From Phycisphaeraceae bacterium (lineage in GTDB: Bacteria; Planctomycetota; Phycisphaerae; Phycisphaerales; Phycisphaeraceae): a stretch of DNA of 64,000 nucleotides. Of the stretch, positions 52,683-61,596 are shown piece by piece. The first letter of the stretch is position 1; each line of letters begins with the position of its first letter. A program made the translations under genes and the position numbers. The notes under the pieces were generated by a model, which saw only the letters and a program-made list of their open reading frames with translations, made no database searches and was not told the DNA's origin. Location of the stretch: positions 5,248,001 to 5,312,000 of the forward strand of contig OY771506.1 of assembly GCA_963674705.1 (NCBI GenBank), in the 5' to 3' direction.

Positions 52683-53651
52683 ATGCAGCCAATCATCAAG
52701 CGACTCGCGGTTGCTATCTGGTTGACGGCAACATGCCTGTCCACTTGTATCACAAGCGCGCAGATCGTCAGCGATGTGACCGGCCAGATAGACCTGATGC
52801 TCGATCCATTTTTTGACATAGGTCCCCTGCCGACGGGTAACGGCGATGAGTGGGACATGCTGCCCCTTGAAACGCAGCATCAATACACCAGCGTCGGCAT
52901 GATGGATGTCAGCGCCTCATTCGACGGTGATGGATACTATACGGCTGACGGACTCAACCTCATCGATTACACATACGAATCAAAAAAGCCCAGTACCGCG
53001 AGATTCGATATACATGCTTTCGCCGACACGGAAGATGCCGGCGAGGGTGGCGGAGGATACGCCAATATCAACATGCAGATCACCTTTTCGCAGCCAGTCC
53101 AATATCGTTTCGAGGCAGACGTGATAGGTGTGCCATGTTTGTACGAGGTTTCGTTTAACGGCCGGTCGGCAAGCGCCTGGTACAGTGCCATGGGCATCTA
53201 CGGGGGCTCCTTCCCACCTGTCTATCACTACGACAACCCATTACCCGATGGTTGGGACACCTACATCGATGAAGGGGTGCTTCCTGCGGGTACTTATGAA
53301 TTAACCGTTACTGCTTATTCAAGGCTGCACCGTTACGGGATCGGACTGGACAGCGAAGGCTCGGCCAGCCTGAGTATCCAACTTCTTGGTGATGCCAATC
53401 TCAATGGACACGTGGGGCTCGAAGACCTCAATGCCGTACTGAATCACTGGCAGTGGACAAGCCATCACAATAGACAACTGCAGGGTGATCTTAACAACGA
53501 TGGATACGTCGGACTCGCCGATCTCGACGCCGTACTCACCGGCTGGGGCAGCAATGTCCGCAAACCATCACACATGGTCGTCCCGGAACCTGCAATCGCA
53601 ACACTCTTGCTGACAGCACTCGGTGTACTGCTGCGTCGACGCACTGTGTAA
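52683..53651 (+). CDS. Dockerin-like + PEP-CTERM surface protein
   Basis: Signal peptide; GDANLNGHVGLEDL and GDLNNDGYVGLADL; VPEPAIATLLL...RRR. Confidence 0.88.
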   Translation: MQPIIKRLAVAIWLTATCLSTCITSAQIVSDVTGQIDLMLDPFFDIGPLPTGNGDEWDMLPLETQHQYTSVGMMDVSASFDGDGYYTADGLNLIDYTYESKKPSTARFDIHAFADTEDAGEGGGGYANINMQITFSQPVQYRFEADVIGVPCLYEVSFNGRSASAWYSAMGIYGGSFPPVYHYDNPLPDGWDTYIDEGVLPAGTYELTVTAYSRLHRYGIGLDSEGSASLSIQLLGDANLNGHVGLEDLNAVLNHWQWTSHHNRQLQGDLNNDGYVGLADLDAVLTGWGSNVRKPSHMVVPEPAIATLLLTALGVLLRRRTV

Positions 53652-53763
53652 TAAACAGCATTCAGCACATTAACTACCCTCCCCCTTCACTTTGGAGAGG
53701 GAAAGGGTGAAGGCCGGTGTTATGCATAGCGCATGTCTAATGGTGTTTGCACGATTAACATCC

Positions 53764-53789
53764 GTCATTCCCGCGCACGCGGGGATGAC
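53764..53789. repeat. REP-like palindrome of the same family as the IS target
   Basis: GTCATTCCCGCG-CA-CGCGGGGATGAC hairpin in the gap between convergent genes. Confidence 0.75.
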
Positions 53790-53983
53790 AGCAAACAGGG
53801 CGGACACAATTGTGGTTAATCGCTCTAGTAAGGCAACCAACCCTTCGATCTTGCCCACAACGCGACAAGCCCACCGAGGATAAGCCCGATGATTGCAGCG
53901 ATCGATAGCCGTTGTTTGCGCGTAAGTCGCATACCGGTGTCACACCTGCAAAATCACATTAAACATTGCGCATAAACACAGAC

Positions 53984-56900
53984 TCACCGGCCACGACGCT
54001 TGCGCGTTTTGCCTTTCGAGTCGCCGTCACCGCCTTTGCGTTCACGAGCCTGCGCGGCACGACGCTGGCGACGGGTCATCCGATCGGCACCTTCGTCTGA
54101 ACCAGCCCGGTCAGCAGCATCACGGTCGGCACGCTGCTGCGCCGTCCCGGCTGAAGCGGCCTGGCTCGCTGCCTGCGCGGTGTTTGGTACGCCTGCGCCG
54201 ACCGCCTGCCTGGCGTCGTCGTGCTTGGCCTGCTGGTTCTGATACACGTTGCGGGCCTGGACGTTCGGCGTCAGACGAGCACGGAAGATCAGCTCCGTCA
54301 CGCGGTCGCGGACCGCCTTCTGCATCTCGCCGAACTGCCGTGATCCTTCCCGCTTGTATTCGATACGCGGGTCCTTCTCGGCAAAACCACGCAGGCCGAT
54401 CGCGTCCTTCACTTGGTCCATCGAATACAGGTGATCCTTCCACGCCATATCCAGGATCTGGATCAGTACGAAGCGTTCGAGCTGCGTCAACTCGCTGCGC
54501 AGGAACTCACGCCCCTTGCTTGCCATAAACGAGGCGGTGTCCTTCGCTTCACCGATTTCCGATTCTTCGATATCGAGATCGAAACGTTCCTTCATCCATG
54601 CGGCAAGCGCAGCCGGATCGTTCTTGTGCGTTTCAGCCTTCTGCTTGCACTGCTCGATAAGCTTGTCGCCGTGCATCCACTGCTCGGCCTCATCGGTCAA
54701 AGCCTTGCCGATATCCGTAATGGTCATCTTCGCGACTTGTTCCGGCGTCCACTGCATCTCGTAACGCTGACGCGCCCAGGCGATTAACTGCTCCACCGCC
54801 CAGCTCTGATCCTGCTGCGCCCCCTTGAACACCATTTCAAGCACGAACTCGACCGGGTATGTCACTTCGCGACGCTTGTATGCATCGCGTGCCTGGCCAA
54901 GGATCTGCTCGGCGACTTCCTCAGGCTCCATCTTGGCAAGGTCTTCAGGTACCAGCTCGATCCCGAACTTGTTCCGCGCCCAGTTCGCCAGGTCACGCTG
55001 GCCGTAGAACGGCACGGTGAACTTCTCCAGGCCGCTCAGGTCCTTCTTCTCCGCCTGCTGCAATGCCGCTTCGGTCAGCTCTTCCTTGACATCATCGACG
55101 TTCATCTCGCGCAGCCGATTGGTCTTCAGGTCGACGCCGAACTTACTCATCGCCCATGACGACAAGCCACGCAGGTCCCAGTCTTCGATCGGGATGTCGT
55201 TTGACATGTACTCGCCTAAGGTCACGTCGACCGTCTGGCGGATCTCGTAGAACAGCGCCTTCTGCACGCTTTCGGTCAGTTCGTGCAGGTCGTCCAGGCG
55301 GATCTTTGAGGTATCCGCGCCGATGTCCAGCGTCTGCCGACACCACTCGACCACCTGTATCGGCACGTATTCTTTATTCAGATACTGATTGACCGCGTCG
55401 TCGACCGAGTCGGCGATGTAGTCGAAGATGATTTCCGCCACACGCTTGCCTTCCAGAACATCCTGCCGGATGCCGTAGAAGTAATTACGCTGATACTCCA
55501 TCACCTCGTCGTATTCGAGCAGGTTCTTGCGGATTTCGTAGTTGCGTTCTTCAACCTTACGCTGGGCGCGTTCGACGCTGCGTGTCACCCAGCGGTGCTC
55601 AATCGCGTCGCCTTCCTTCATACCGAGCTTGCTAAGCGCAGTCATCGTGGTCTTGCCGGCAAACATCGCCATCAAGTCGTCTTCAAGACTGATAAAGAAT
55701 CGGCTGGAGCCCTTGTCGCCCTGACGGCCGGATCGACCACGCAACTGGTTGTCGATACGCCTCGACTCGTGCCGTTCCGTGCCGATGATGTGCAGGCCGC
55801 CCATCTCTTCGGTGTTGGGATAGACCCGCAGCCGGTGCTTCTCGTACTCCGGCAAGCCGTCGAGCGTTTCGGCGCACTGCTCCAGCGTCATCTTCTGGAC
55901 TTTTTTCTCATCCACCCATGCATCGGTCTGGCACCAGTGCCGGAACAGCTTGAGCTTGACCTCATCGATCGACATCTGCTCAACTTCCTTCTGCTTGAGC
56001 TTCAGCTCGGTATGCAACTGGTGCCGATACGACGTCTCGATCAGTTGCTCGTCGCTCATCTCCGGCTTCGCGCTGGCGGGGATAAGGTTGCGCTGCTGCC
56101 AGTGACGAATGAGATTGGCCCGTTCGACAGGACGGAGCTTGATGTCCGTACCACGGCCGGCCATGTTCGTCGCGATCATCACGGCGCCGAGTTCACCGGC
56201 ATCTCGCACGATGTTCGATTCACGCTCGACCTGGTCGACCTTCGCGTTGAGCACCTCGTGCTTGATGCCGTGCCTTTGCTTAAGCATCTGTGAGAGCATC
56301 TCGCTACGTTCGACGCTGGTCGTACCGACCAACACCGGCCGACCGATGTCGTGGATCCGCTTGATCTCATCTGTGATCGCGTTCCACTTGTCTTTGCTCG
56401 ACAGGAAGATCAGGTCATCCCGGTCCTGGCGAATCACCGGAACGTTCGTCGGGATACAGACGACGTCCAGCCGATAGATTTCCATAAACTCGGTTGCCTC
56501 GGTAATGGCCGTACCCGTCATACCGCCAAGCCGCTTGAACATCTTGAAGTAGTTCTGCAGCGTGATGGTCGCCATTGTCTGCGTTTCCTGCTTGATCTTG
56601 ACCTTTTCCTTGGCCTCGACCGCCTGGTGCAAACCATCCGACCACTGCCTGCCGATCATCAAACGCCCGGTAAATTCGTCGACGATGATCACATCCCCGT
56701 TACGCACAACATAATCCTTATCACGCTGATACACTGCGTGAGCACGGATCGCGTTCTCCAATAGATGCGGGAAGTCCATGTTGTTACCAACATAGAACGA
56801 ACCGATGCCCGCTTTCTTCTGCGCCTCAGCAATACCTTCATGCGTCAGGTGCGCTGCCTTGCGCTCCATTTCAACTTCGTAGTACTGCGTGAACTGATCG

Positions 56901-58135
56901 CGTTCTGCTTCAAGCCCGGGCATCGACACCTGCGTCTTCTTCATCTCCTCGCGCATCTGGGCGATCTTAGCCTTGTCACGAGAGTTGCGGATGTCGCCCT
57001 CGAGCCCCTTGATCTTCTTCTCGGCTGTCTCAACCTTCTTGTTCGCCGCGTCCCATTCACGCTGCTTCATCATCAGGTGCGCAGCAACCTGGTCCGCCAG
57101 CCCGTACTGCGGCGCGTTGTCATGAGCCGGGCCCGAAATAATCAGAGGCGTACGCGCCTCATCGACCAGGATCGAGTCGACTTCGTCGATGATGCAGAAG
57201 TCACGCTTTTTCTGGAGCTGCTCTTGAGCCGTCAGCTTCATGTTGTCGCGCAAGTAGTCGAAGCCAAACTCGCTGTTCGTGCCGTAGAGCACATCGCAGT
57301 GATACGCCTCGGACTTAAGATGATTGGCTGCCTCGAATATCGCCCGTGGATTCGTCAGGTCCGCCTGAGCGTACGGGTGAACCGGTGAGGCCGCCAGCTG
57401 CCGGACCTGCTCCTCCAGTTGGTGCATCGGGTGGATCGCACCGACCGTCAGCCCAAGGTGATAATAGAACGGGAACACCCAGTCGCGGTCACGCTGCACC
57501 AGGTAGTCGTTCACCGTGATCACGCAGCATTGCAAGCTCTCTACGCATGCCACGTAACACGCCAGCGGCGCTACGATCGTCTTACCTTCGCCGGTCTTCA
57601 TCTCGGCGATCTTGCCCTCGCCCAGCACCATACCGCCGATCAACTGCACATCAAACGGCCTGGCACGGAACGGCGGGCGTGACTGCGGGTAAAGCTCTCG
57701 CACCGACTCGTACAGCTCCAACGGGATTTCCACCTGCATCCAACCCGGCACGGGCATACCGCCCTGCACCGCAATCGGCTCTAAAGCATCGGCCTCAGCC
57801 TTCACCTTCTCATAGACCCCGCGCATCGCTACGGGTAACTGCGTATGATCAAAACCCGCCTCGGGATTCAAGATGTTGCGGATGCCGACCGATCGGTCCA
57901 TCACCTCGCGCGCCACGGCCATGACTTCTGCCTGCATCGAATCGATCGATGCGCCATCCTGGAACCGCTGGCGGAATCCTTCTGTCTTCGTCTTGAGCTG
58001 CGAATCGGTCAACTTCCGAATCTCAGGCTCCAGCGCATTGATCTCAATCACGCGCCGGGCATACCGCTTGAGCAACCGGTCGTTACGCGAGCCGAACACT
58101 TTCACAAATGGTTTACTGATGTATTGAACTACCAT
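53984..58135 (-). CDS. secA: Preprotein translocase ATPase SecA (long form)
   Basis: RPFDVQLIGG, EMKTGEGKT, FGFDYLRDN, DEVDSILVDEARTPLIISG, TNMAGRGTDI, HESRRIDNQLRGRSGRQGD; likely start ATG 58135. Confidence 0.98.
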   Translation of the reverse strand: MVVQYISKPFVKVFGSRNDRLLKRYARRVIEINALEPEIRKLTDSQLKTKTEGFRQRFQDGASIDSMQAEVMAVAREVMDRSVGIRNILNPEAGFDHTQLPVAMRGVYEKVKAEADALEPIAVQGGMPVPGWMQVEIPLELYESVRELYPQSRPPFRARPFDVQLIGGMVLGEGKIAEMKTGEGKTIVAPLACYVACVESLQCCVITVNDYLVQRDRDWVFPFYYHLGLTVGAIHPMHQLEEQVRQLAASPVHPYAQADLTNPRAIFEAANHLKSEAYHCDVLYGTNSEFGFDYLRDNMKLTAQEQLQKKRDFCIIDEVDSILVDEARTPLIISGPAHDNAPQYGLADQVAAHLMMKQREWDAANKKVETAEKKIKGLEGDIRNSRDKAKIAQMREEMKKTQVSMPGLEAERDQFTQYYEVEMERKAAHLTHEGIAEAQKKAGIGSFYVGNNMDFPHLLENAIRAHAVYQRDKDYVVRNGDVIIVDEFTGRLMIGRQWSDGLHQAVEAKEKVKIKQETQTMATITLQNYFKMFKRLGGMTGTAITEATEFMEIYRLDVVCIPTNVPVIRQDRDDLIFLSSKDKWNAITDEIKRIHDIGRPVLVGTTSVERSEMLSQMLKQRHGIKHEVLNAKVDQVERESNIVRDAGELGAVMIATNMAGRGTDIKLRPVERANLIRHWQQRNLIPASAKPEMSDEQLIETSYRHQLHTELKLKQKEVEQMSIDEVKLKLFRHWCQTDAWVDEKKVQKMTLEQCAETLDGLPEYEKHRLRVYPNTEEMGGLHIIGTERHESRRIDNQLRGRSGRQGDKGSSRFFISLEDDLMAMFAGKTTMTALSKLGMKEGDAIEHRWVTRSVERAQRKVEERNYEIRKNLLEYDEVMEYQRNYFYGIRQDVLEGKRVAEIIFDYIADSVDDAVNQYLNKEYVPIQVVEWCRQTLDIGADTSKIRLDDLHELTESVQKALFYEIRQTVDVTLGEYMSNDIPIEDWDLRGLSSWAMSKFGVDLKTNRLREMNVDDVKEELTEAALQQAEKKDLSGLEKFTVPFYGQRDLANWARNKFGIELVPEDLAKMEPEEVAEQILGQARDAYKRREVTYPVEFVLEMVFKGAQQDQSWAVEQLIAWARQRYEMQWTPEQVAKMTITDIGKALTDEAEQWMHGDKLIEQCKQKAETHKNDPAALAAWMKERFDLDIEESEIGEAKDTASFMASKGREFLRSELTQLERFVLIQILDMAWKDHLYSMDQVKDAIGLRGFAEKDPRIEYKREGSRQFGEMQKAVRDRVTELIFRARLTPNVQARNVYQNQQAKHDDARQAVGAGVPNTAQAASQAASAGTAQQRADRDAADRAGSDEGADRMTRRQRRAAQARERKGGDGDSKGKTRKRRGR

Positions 58136-58194
58136 GATAGATTCTCGAGGTTTGAATATTGGGAGAATATTGATGTTCAACGTTGGAGCCATCA

Positions 58195-58262
58195 GCCGTT
58201 AGCCATTAGCCGTTAGTTTTAAAACACTAACCACTAATCACAAACCACTAATTACAAACTCA
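58195..58262. repeat. Short heptamer tandem repeats upstream of secA
   Basis: AGCCGTT-AGCCATT-AGCCGTT, followed by ACACTAA-CCACTAA-TCACAAA-CCACTAA-TTACAAA. Confidence 0.6.
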
Positions 58263-58332
58263 AACATTGCACATCAAGCGCAAGCACTGCTGAAACTTAA
58301 CTGGGATGTAAAATAGATAACTCGCCGTGTCG

Positions 58333-58719
58333 TCAGAGCGTCGACACTGGGGGAGGCAGGTTCAGCAGATGCTCACCAACAGGCGCCTGGAGATGGACCC
58401 ATCCCGCATCGGTATAGGGTCGTAAGGCAGTCGGCTCGTGAAGCAGCGGCGCATCGCCGGGCTCTGTTGTGAAGTGGACGACCTGTCCATTCGGGACCTT
58501 GCAGAGCTTGCGGGCGGCCTCATTCAGATTCGACAGCAGTGTCGCGACCGATTCCCGCTCCGACGCGGTCGTCCCGTGTCGGCCCAGGCTCGAAGCCACC
58601 ACCGCCGCGGCCGTGGTCCCGTCGGACATCGCCCCGATGCACAGCAATACGGACAGCGCCAGCGTTACCGTCGGTACGCCGGTCCTAGGCCCGATAATCT
58701 GAGAATCGCGTCGCTTCAC
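58333..58719 (-). CDS. Hypothetical membrane-anchored protein
   Basis: Hydrophobic N-terminal segment; ends HLLNLPPP; upstream of secA. Confidence 0.5.
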   Translation of the reverse strand: MKRRDSQIIGPRTGVPTVTLALSVLLCIGAMSDGTTAAAVVASSLGRHGTTASERESVATLLSNLNEAARKLCKVPNGQVVHFTTEPGDAPLLHEPTALRPYTDAGWVHLQAPVGEHLLNLPPPVSTL

Positions 58720-58806
58720 ACCCTTATTATCGTCCGCCCTTGGCCCGCGGGCAAATGCCTGCCTTCAAACTACCACGAAATCCGCCTTATCGGCTCCACA
58801 AGCCAC

Positions 58807-61596
58807 TTAAACCTTTTTCATCACCAGACCATCCGGTCCCTGATAGCTCTCCAGCGTGTGATAGGTCAGCCCGAAAGCGTATCGCGAGGAATTGAGCAAA
58901 ACAGTCTCCAAACGAACCACGCCGATCTCCCAGGCCGAGACGTATGAGTTGGCAAAAACCCCGTTCAGCACGCTCAGATGCTGGATCGCCCCCCGTTCTG
59001 TGAAGTCACTTGCCGTCTGCACCATCCCCGCAGAGATCGTTTCGCTACCGACCTGAACGCTGCTGTTGATCATCGAACCGACTTGAATCGTGTCGATCGA
59101 TGCCATCGTGTTAACAGTCACATCCCGCATCTCACCGCCGACGCGAAGCAACTCCACCCCAACACTGAGTGAGTAGCCATCCAGCGTGATACTGCCGCTG
59201 TCATAGTCCTTCTTTATCACAATCTCATCAGCTAGCGGAGCCGAAAGATCGACGCCGGTCATGTTGAGTGCTTTAAATCGCGCAAGTGGCGAATCCAGTG
59301 TGACATCACCTGTCACCCGCCCGGCATTAATCCGCAAACCTTTCTTAAACGACCTGCCGGGCATCAGGATCCCATTGATCGATCCGATCGCTAACCGCTC
59401 GATCGCACCCTGCCCGGACATCTGAATGCCGCCGGCAGTCATATCGAGTTTACTTGCTGCCAATGCCCCCAGTAGCGAAGAACCATAGACACTGCCCAGC
59501 ATCTCCGCCCGACCCCGCGTCCCTTTCGCCTTGGAAGTCAGAACACTTAGCCCGGTTTCTGCCGTGGTCTGGTTCAACTCGATATCAAGCAGCACCGCAT
59601 GACCCGACAACTCAATCACACCACCCAGGTCACAAGCGATCAGGCCATCGCCGACCATGGAAACATAAGCCGAACCCGCCCCTGCCATCTTCAATGTGAC
59701 AATCGTCCCGTCCGCTTCGCGATAAGCCAACGACTTATCCGCAGACACTTCATACACATGCCGCAATTCAGTTTTCGTAACAGCCTGACACAGATGCCCG
59801 TCGTTATCCTCAGCAATCGCGATAACCTTGGATTCTGATCCGGGCTCAAAACCCCTCAAACCGTCAATGTTGATACTGAAGCCGTCTGAGCCGTTGTTAT
59901 CGATACCCAATACATCCTCCGCCCAGCCATCCATATCATCGTCGTAGAAGAACACGACGCGTTCGACCGTCCCGTCAGGGTCGTACACCCCTTGGGCGGT
60001 GATCGTTGTTGGCATCGTTTGCGAAATGTACTCACCATCAACGACAACCCGTTCGATCTGCGGAAGCGCATAGATCCCGAAGTTGATATTCCCCACATTA
60101 CAGCCACTGTAAACCGAGACCTTTCGGGTCAACGAGAGATACTCGGATGACCGCCAACCGTCCGGCACATCTACTACCAGGTAGATCGATTCAGAAAGAT
60201 TCTTCCGCGAGGTCACTTCCCAACCGCCGTTGAAGTAATAGGTTTCGGTAATCTTGACCTCTGTCGGGATGCCCGTAATCTCGAATCGGCCGTCCGATCC
60301 CGTGATCGCGATCCTGTCTGTCCCAGACACGCGAACCTGCATGCCAGACAGCCCCTGTTCGTTCGCATCACGAACACCGTTGGCATTGCGGTCGTGGAAA
60401 AACACACCGCTTACCGTCGCCGGCTCGCCTTCGATGTTGTAACTACGTATGCCGAAGTAACTGTCCGTGGTACCGCCGATGCTGATACTGGTACCACCGT
60501 CGTACGTCCACCCGGGATTGATTGTGACAGTACCGCCGCCCACGCCGCCAAGGCCGCCGTCATACCCAAACCCCGGCGTGTACCCACCGTATGGATTATC
60601 GCTGTTCCAATTATCGATCACCGTATCGACCTGATCCGCATCGATCGTCGCCCGACGTTTTGACGCTTTGAACAGCACCGACTCAGCCGACACCGCAATG
60701 TGATCCGATTGATTAAGGTCACTTTGCAGATACCTGCCGCCCGCTTGCACGATCAGATAACTATTAAAGTCTGCAAGTGAATCGGGCAGCTTGAGCCGCA
60801 GCCAGGTTTTAAACGTCTCGCCCGCGCCGACCTCACGCTGAATCTTGAACACCTTCAGCCGCCAGTCTTTAGCGTTGCGGACCCCGTCACTGGACAGGAA
60901 CAACGCCAACCGCAGCTTGCCGGCGGGCAGAGCTGTGTCACCCGTGTTCTTGATGATCACAGGTATCTTCACGCGTTTGCCGGTCTGGTAAGACTGCGCA
61001 AGCGTTACCTCGCTGAGATGCACGCTGATATCAAAACCGCTGCGCACCAGGCCTATCGATAAACCGGCAACACCTTCCGCCGGCGTGATACTTACCGATG
61101 ATGATTCGTCGCTGCCTGCTGATGGTTTATAGCCCTCCGGCAAAACCGCGCGGATGTCATAATGACCGGTTGGCAGCCCGGCCAACATGAAACCGCCATC
61201 GTTGCCTGTGTAGATCGCCCTTTCCCCATCGTCACGCACTTTGTTGCCGTTCACATCCGCGAATACCTGCACGCCAAACAGCGCGTGCTCGTTCGGGTCC
61301 CAGATGCCATCCTGATCGACATCCGCAAATACCGTCCCCGATACGCTGAATGCTGGCCCCGCATGCTCGGTCACGGGCATGTATACGGAAACATCTTGCC
61401 CTGCATACTCAACCGTGTCATTACTAACAGGTAACTTACCCAATACGGCACCACTTAACAGCAGCCGCGGCTCTAACTGCTCCAGTATCGTACTGGGCGT
61501 CGCACCACCGCCCCGCTCAACGCGCTGCCTGTGCATGCGAGGCTTCATACCCAGAAATCCGGACAGGGAAAATGCCATAGAAGTGTCCCACTTCAC
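58807..61596 (-). CDS. Planctomycete extracellular (LEPR-XLL) protein with SdrD-B-like and CARDB-like domains
   Basis: LEQLEPRLLLS; SVSGTVFADVDQDGIWD and VSGVFFHDRNANGVRD; paralog of the next gene. Confidence 0.82.
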   Translation of the reverse strand: MKWDTSMAFSLSGFLGMKPRMHRQRVERGGGATPSTILEQLEPRLLLSGAVLGKLPVSNDTVEYAGQDVSVYMPVTEHAGPAFSVSGTVFADVDQDGIWDPNEHALFGVQVFADVNGNKVRDDGERAIYTGNDGGFMLAGLPTGHYDIRAVLPEGYKPSAGSDESSSVSITPAEGVAGLSIGLVRSGFDISVHLSEVTLAQSYQTGKRVKIPVIIKNTGDTALPAGKLRLALFLSSDGVRNAKDWRLKVFKIQREVGAGETFKTWLRLKLPDSLADFNSYLIVQAGGRYLQSDLNQSDHIAVSAESVLFKASKRRATIDADQVDTVIDNWNSDNPYGGYTPGFGYDGGLGGVGGGTVTINPGWTYDGGTSISIGGTTDSYFGIRSYNIEGEPATVSGVFFHDRNANGVRDANEQGLSGMQVRVSGTDRIAITGSDGRFEITGIPTEVKITETYYFNGGWEVTSRKNLSESIYLVVDVPDGWRSSEYLSLTRKVSVYSGCNVGNINFGIYALPQIERVVVDGEYISQTMPTTITAQGVYDPDGTVERVVFFYDDDMDGWAEDVLGIDNNGSDGFSINIDGLRGFEPGSESKVIAIAEDNDGHLCQAVTKTELRHVYEVSADKSLAYREADGTIVTLKMAGAGSAYVSMVGDGLIACDLGGVIELSGHAVLLDIELNQTTAETGLSVLTSKAKGTRGRAEMLGSVYGSSLLGALAASKLDMTAGGIQMSGQGAIERLAIGSINGILMPGRSFKKGLRINAGRVTGDVTLDSPLARFKALNMTGVDLSAPLADEIVIKKDYDSGSITLDGYSLSVGVELLRVGGEMRDVTVNTMASIDTIQVGSMINSSVQVGSETISAGMVQTASDFTERGAIQHLSVLNGVFANSYVSAWEIGVVRLETVLLNSSRYAFGLTYHTLESYQGPDGLVMKKV

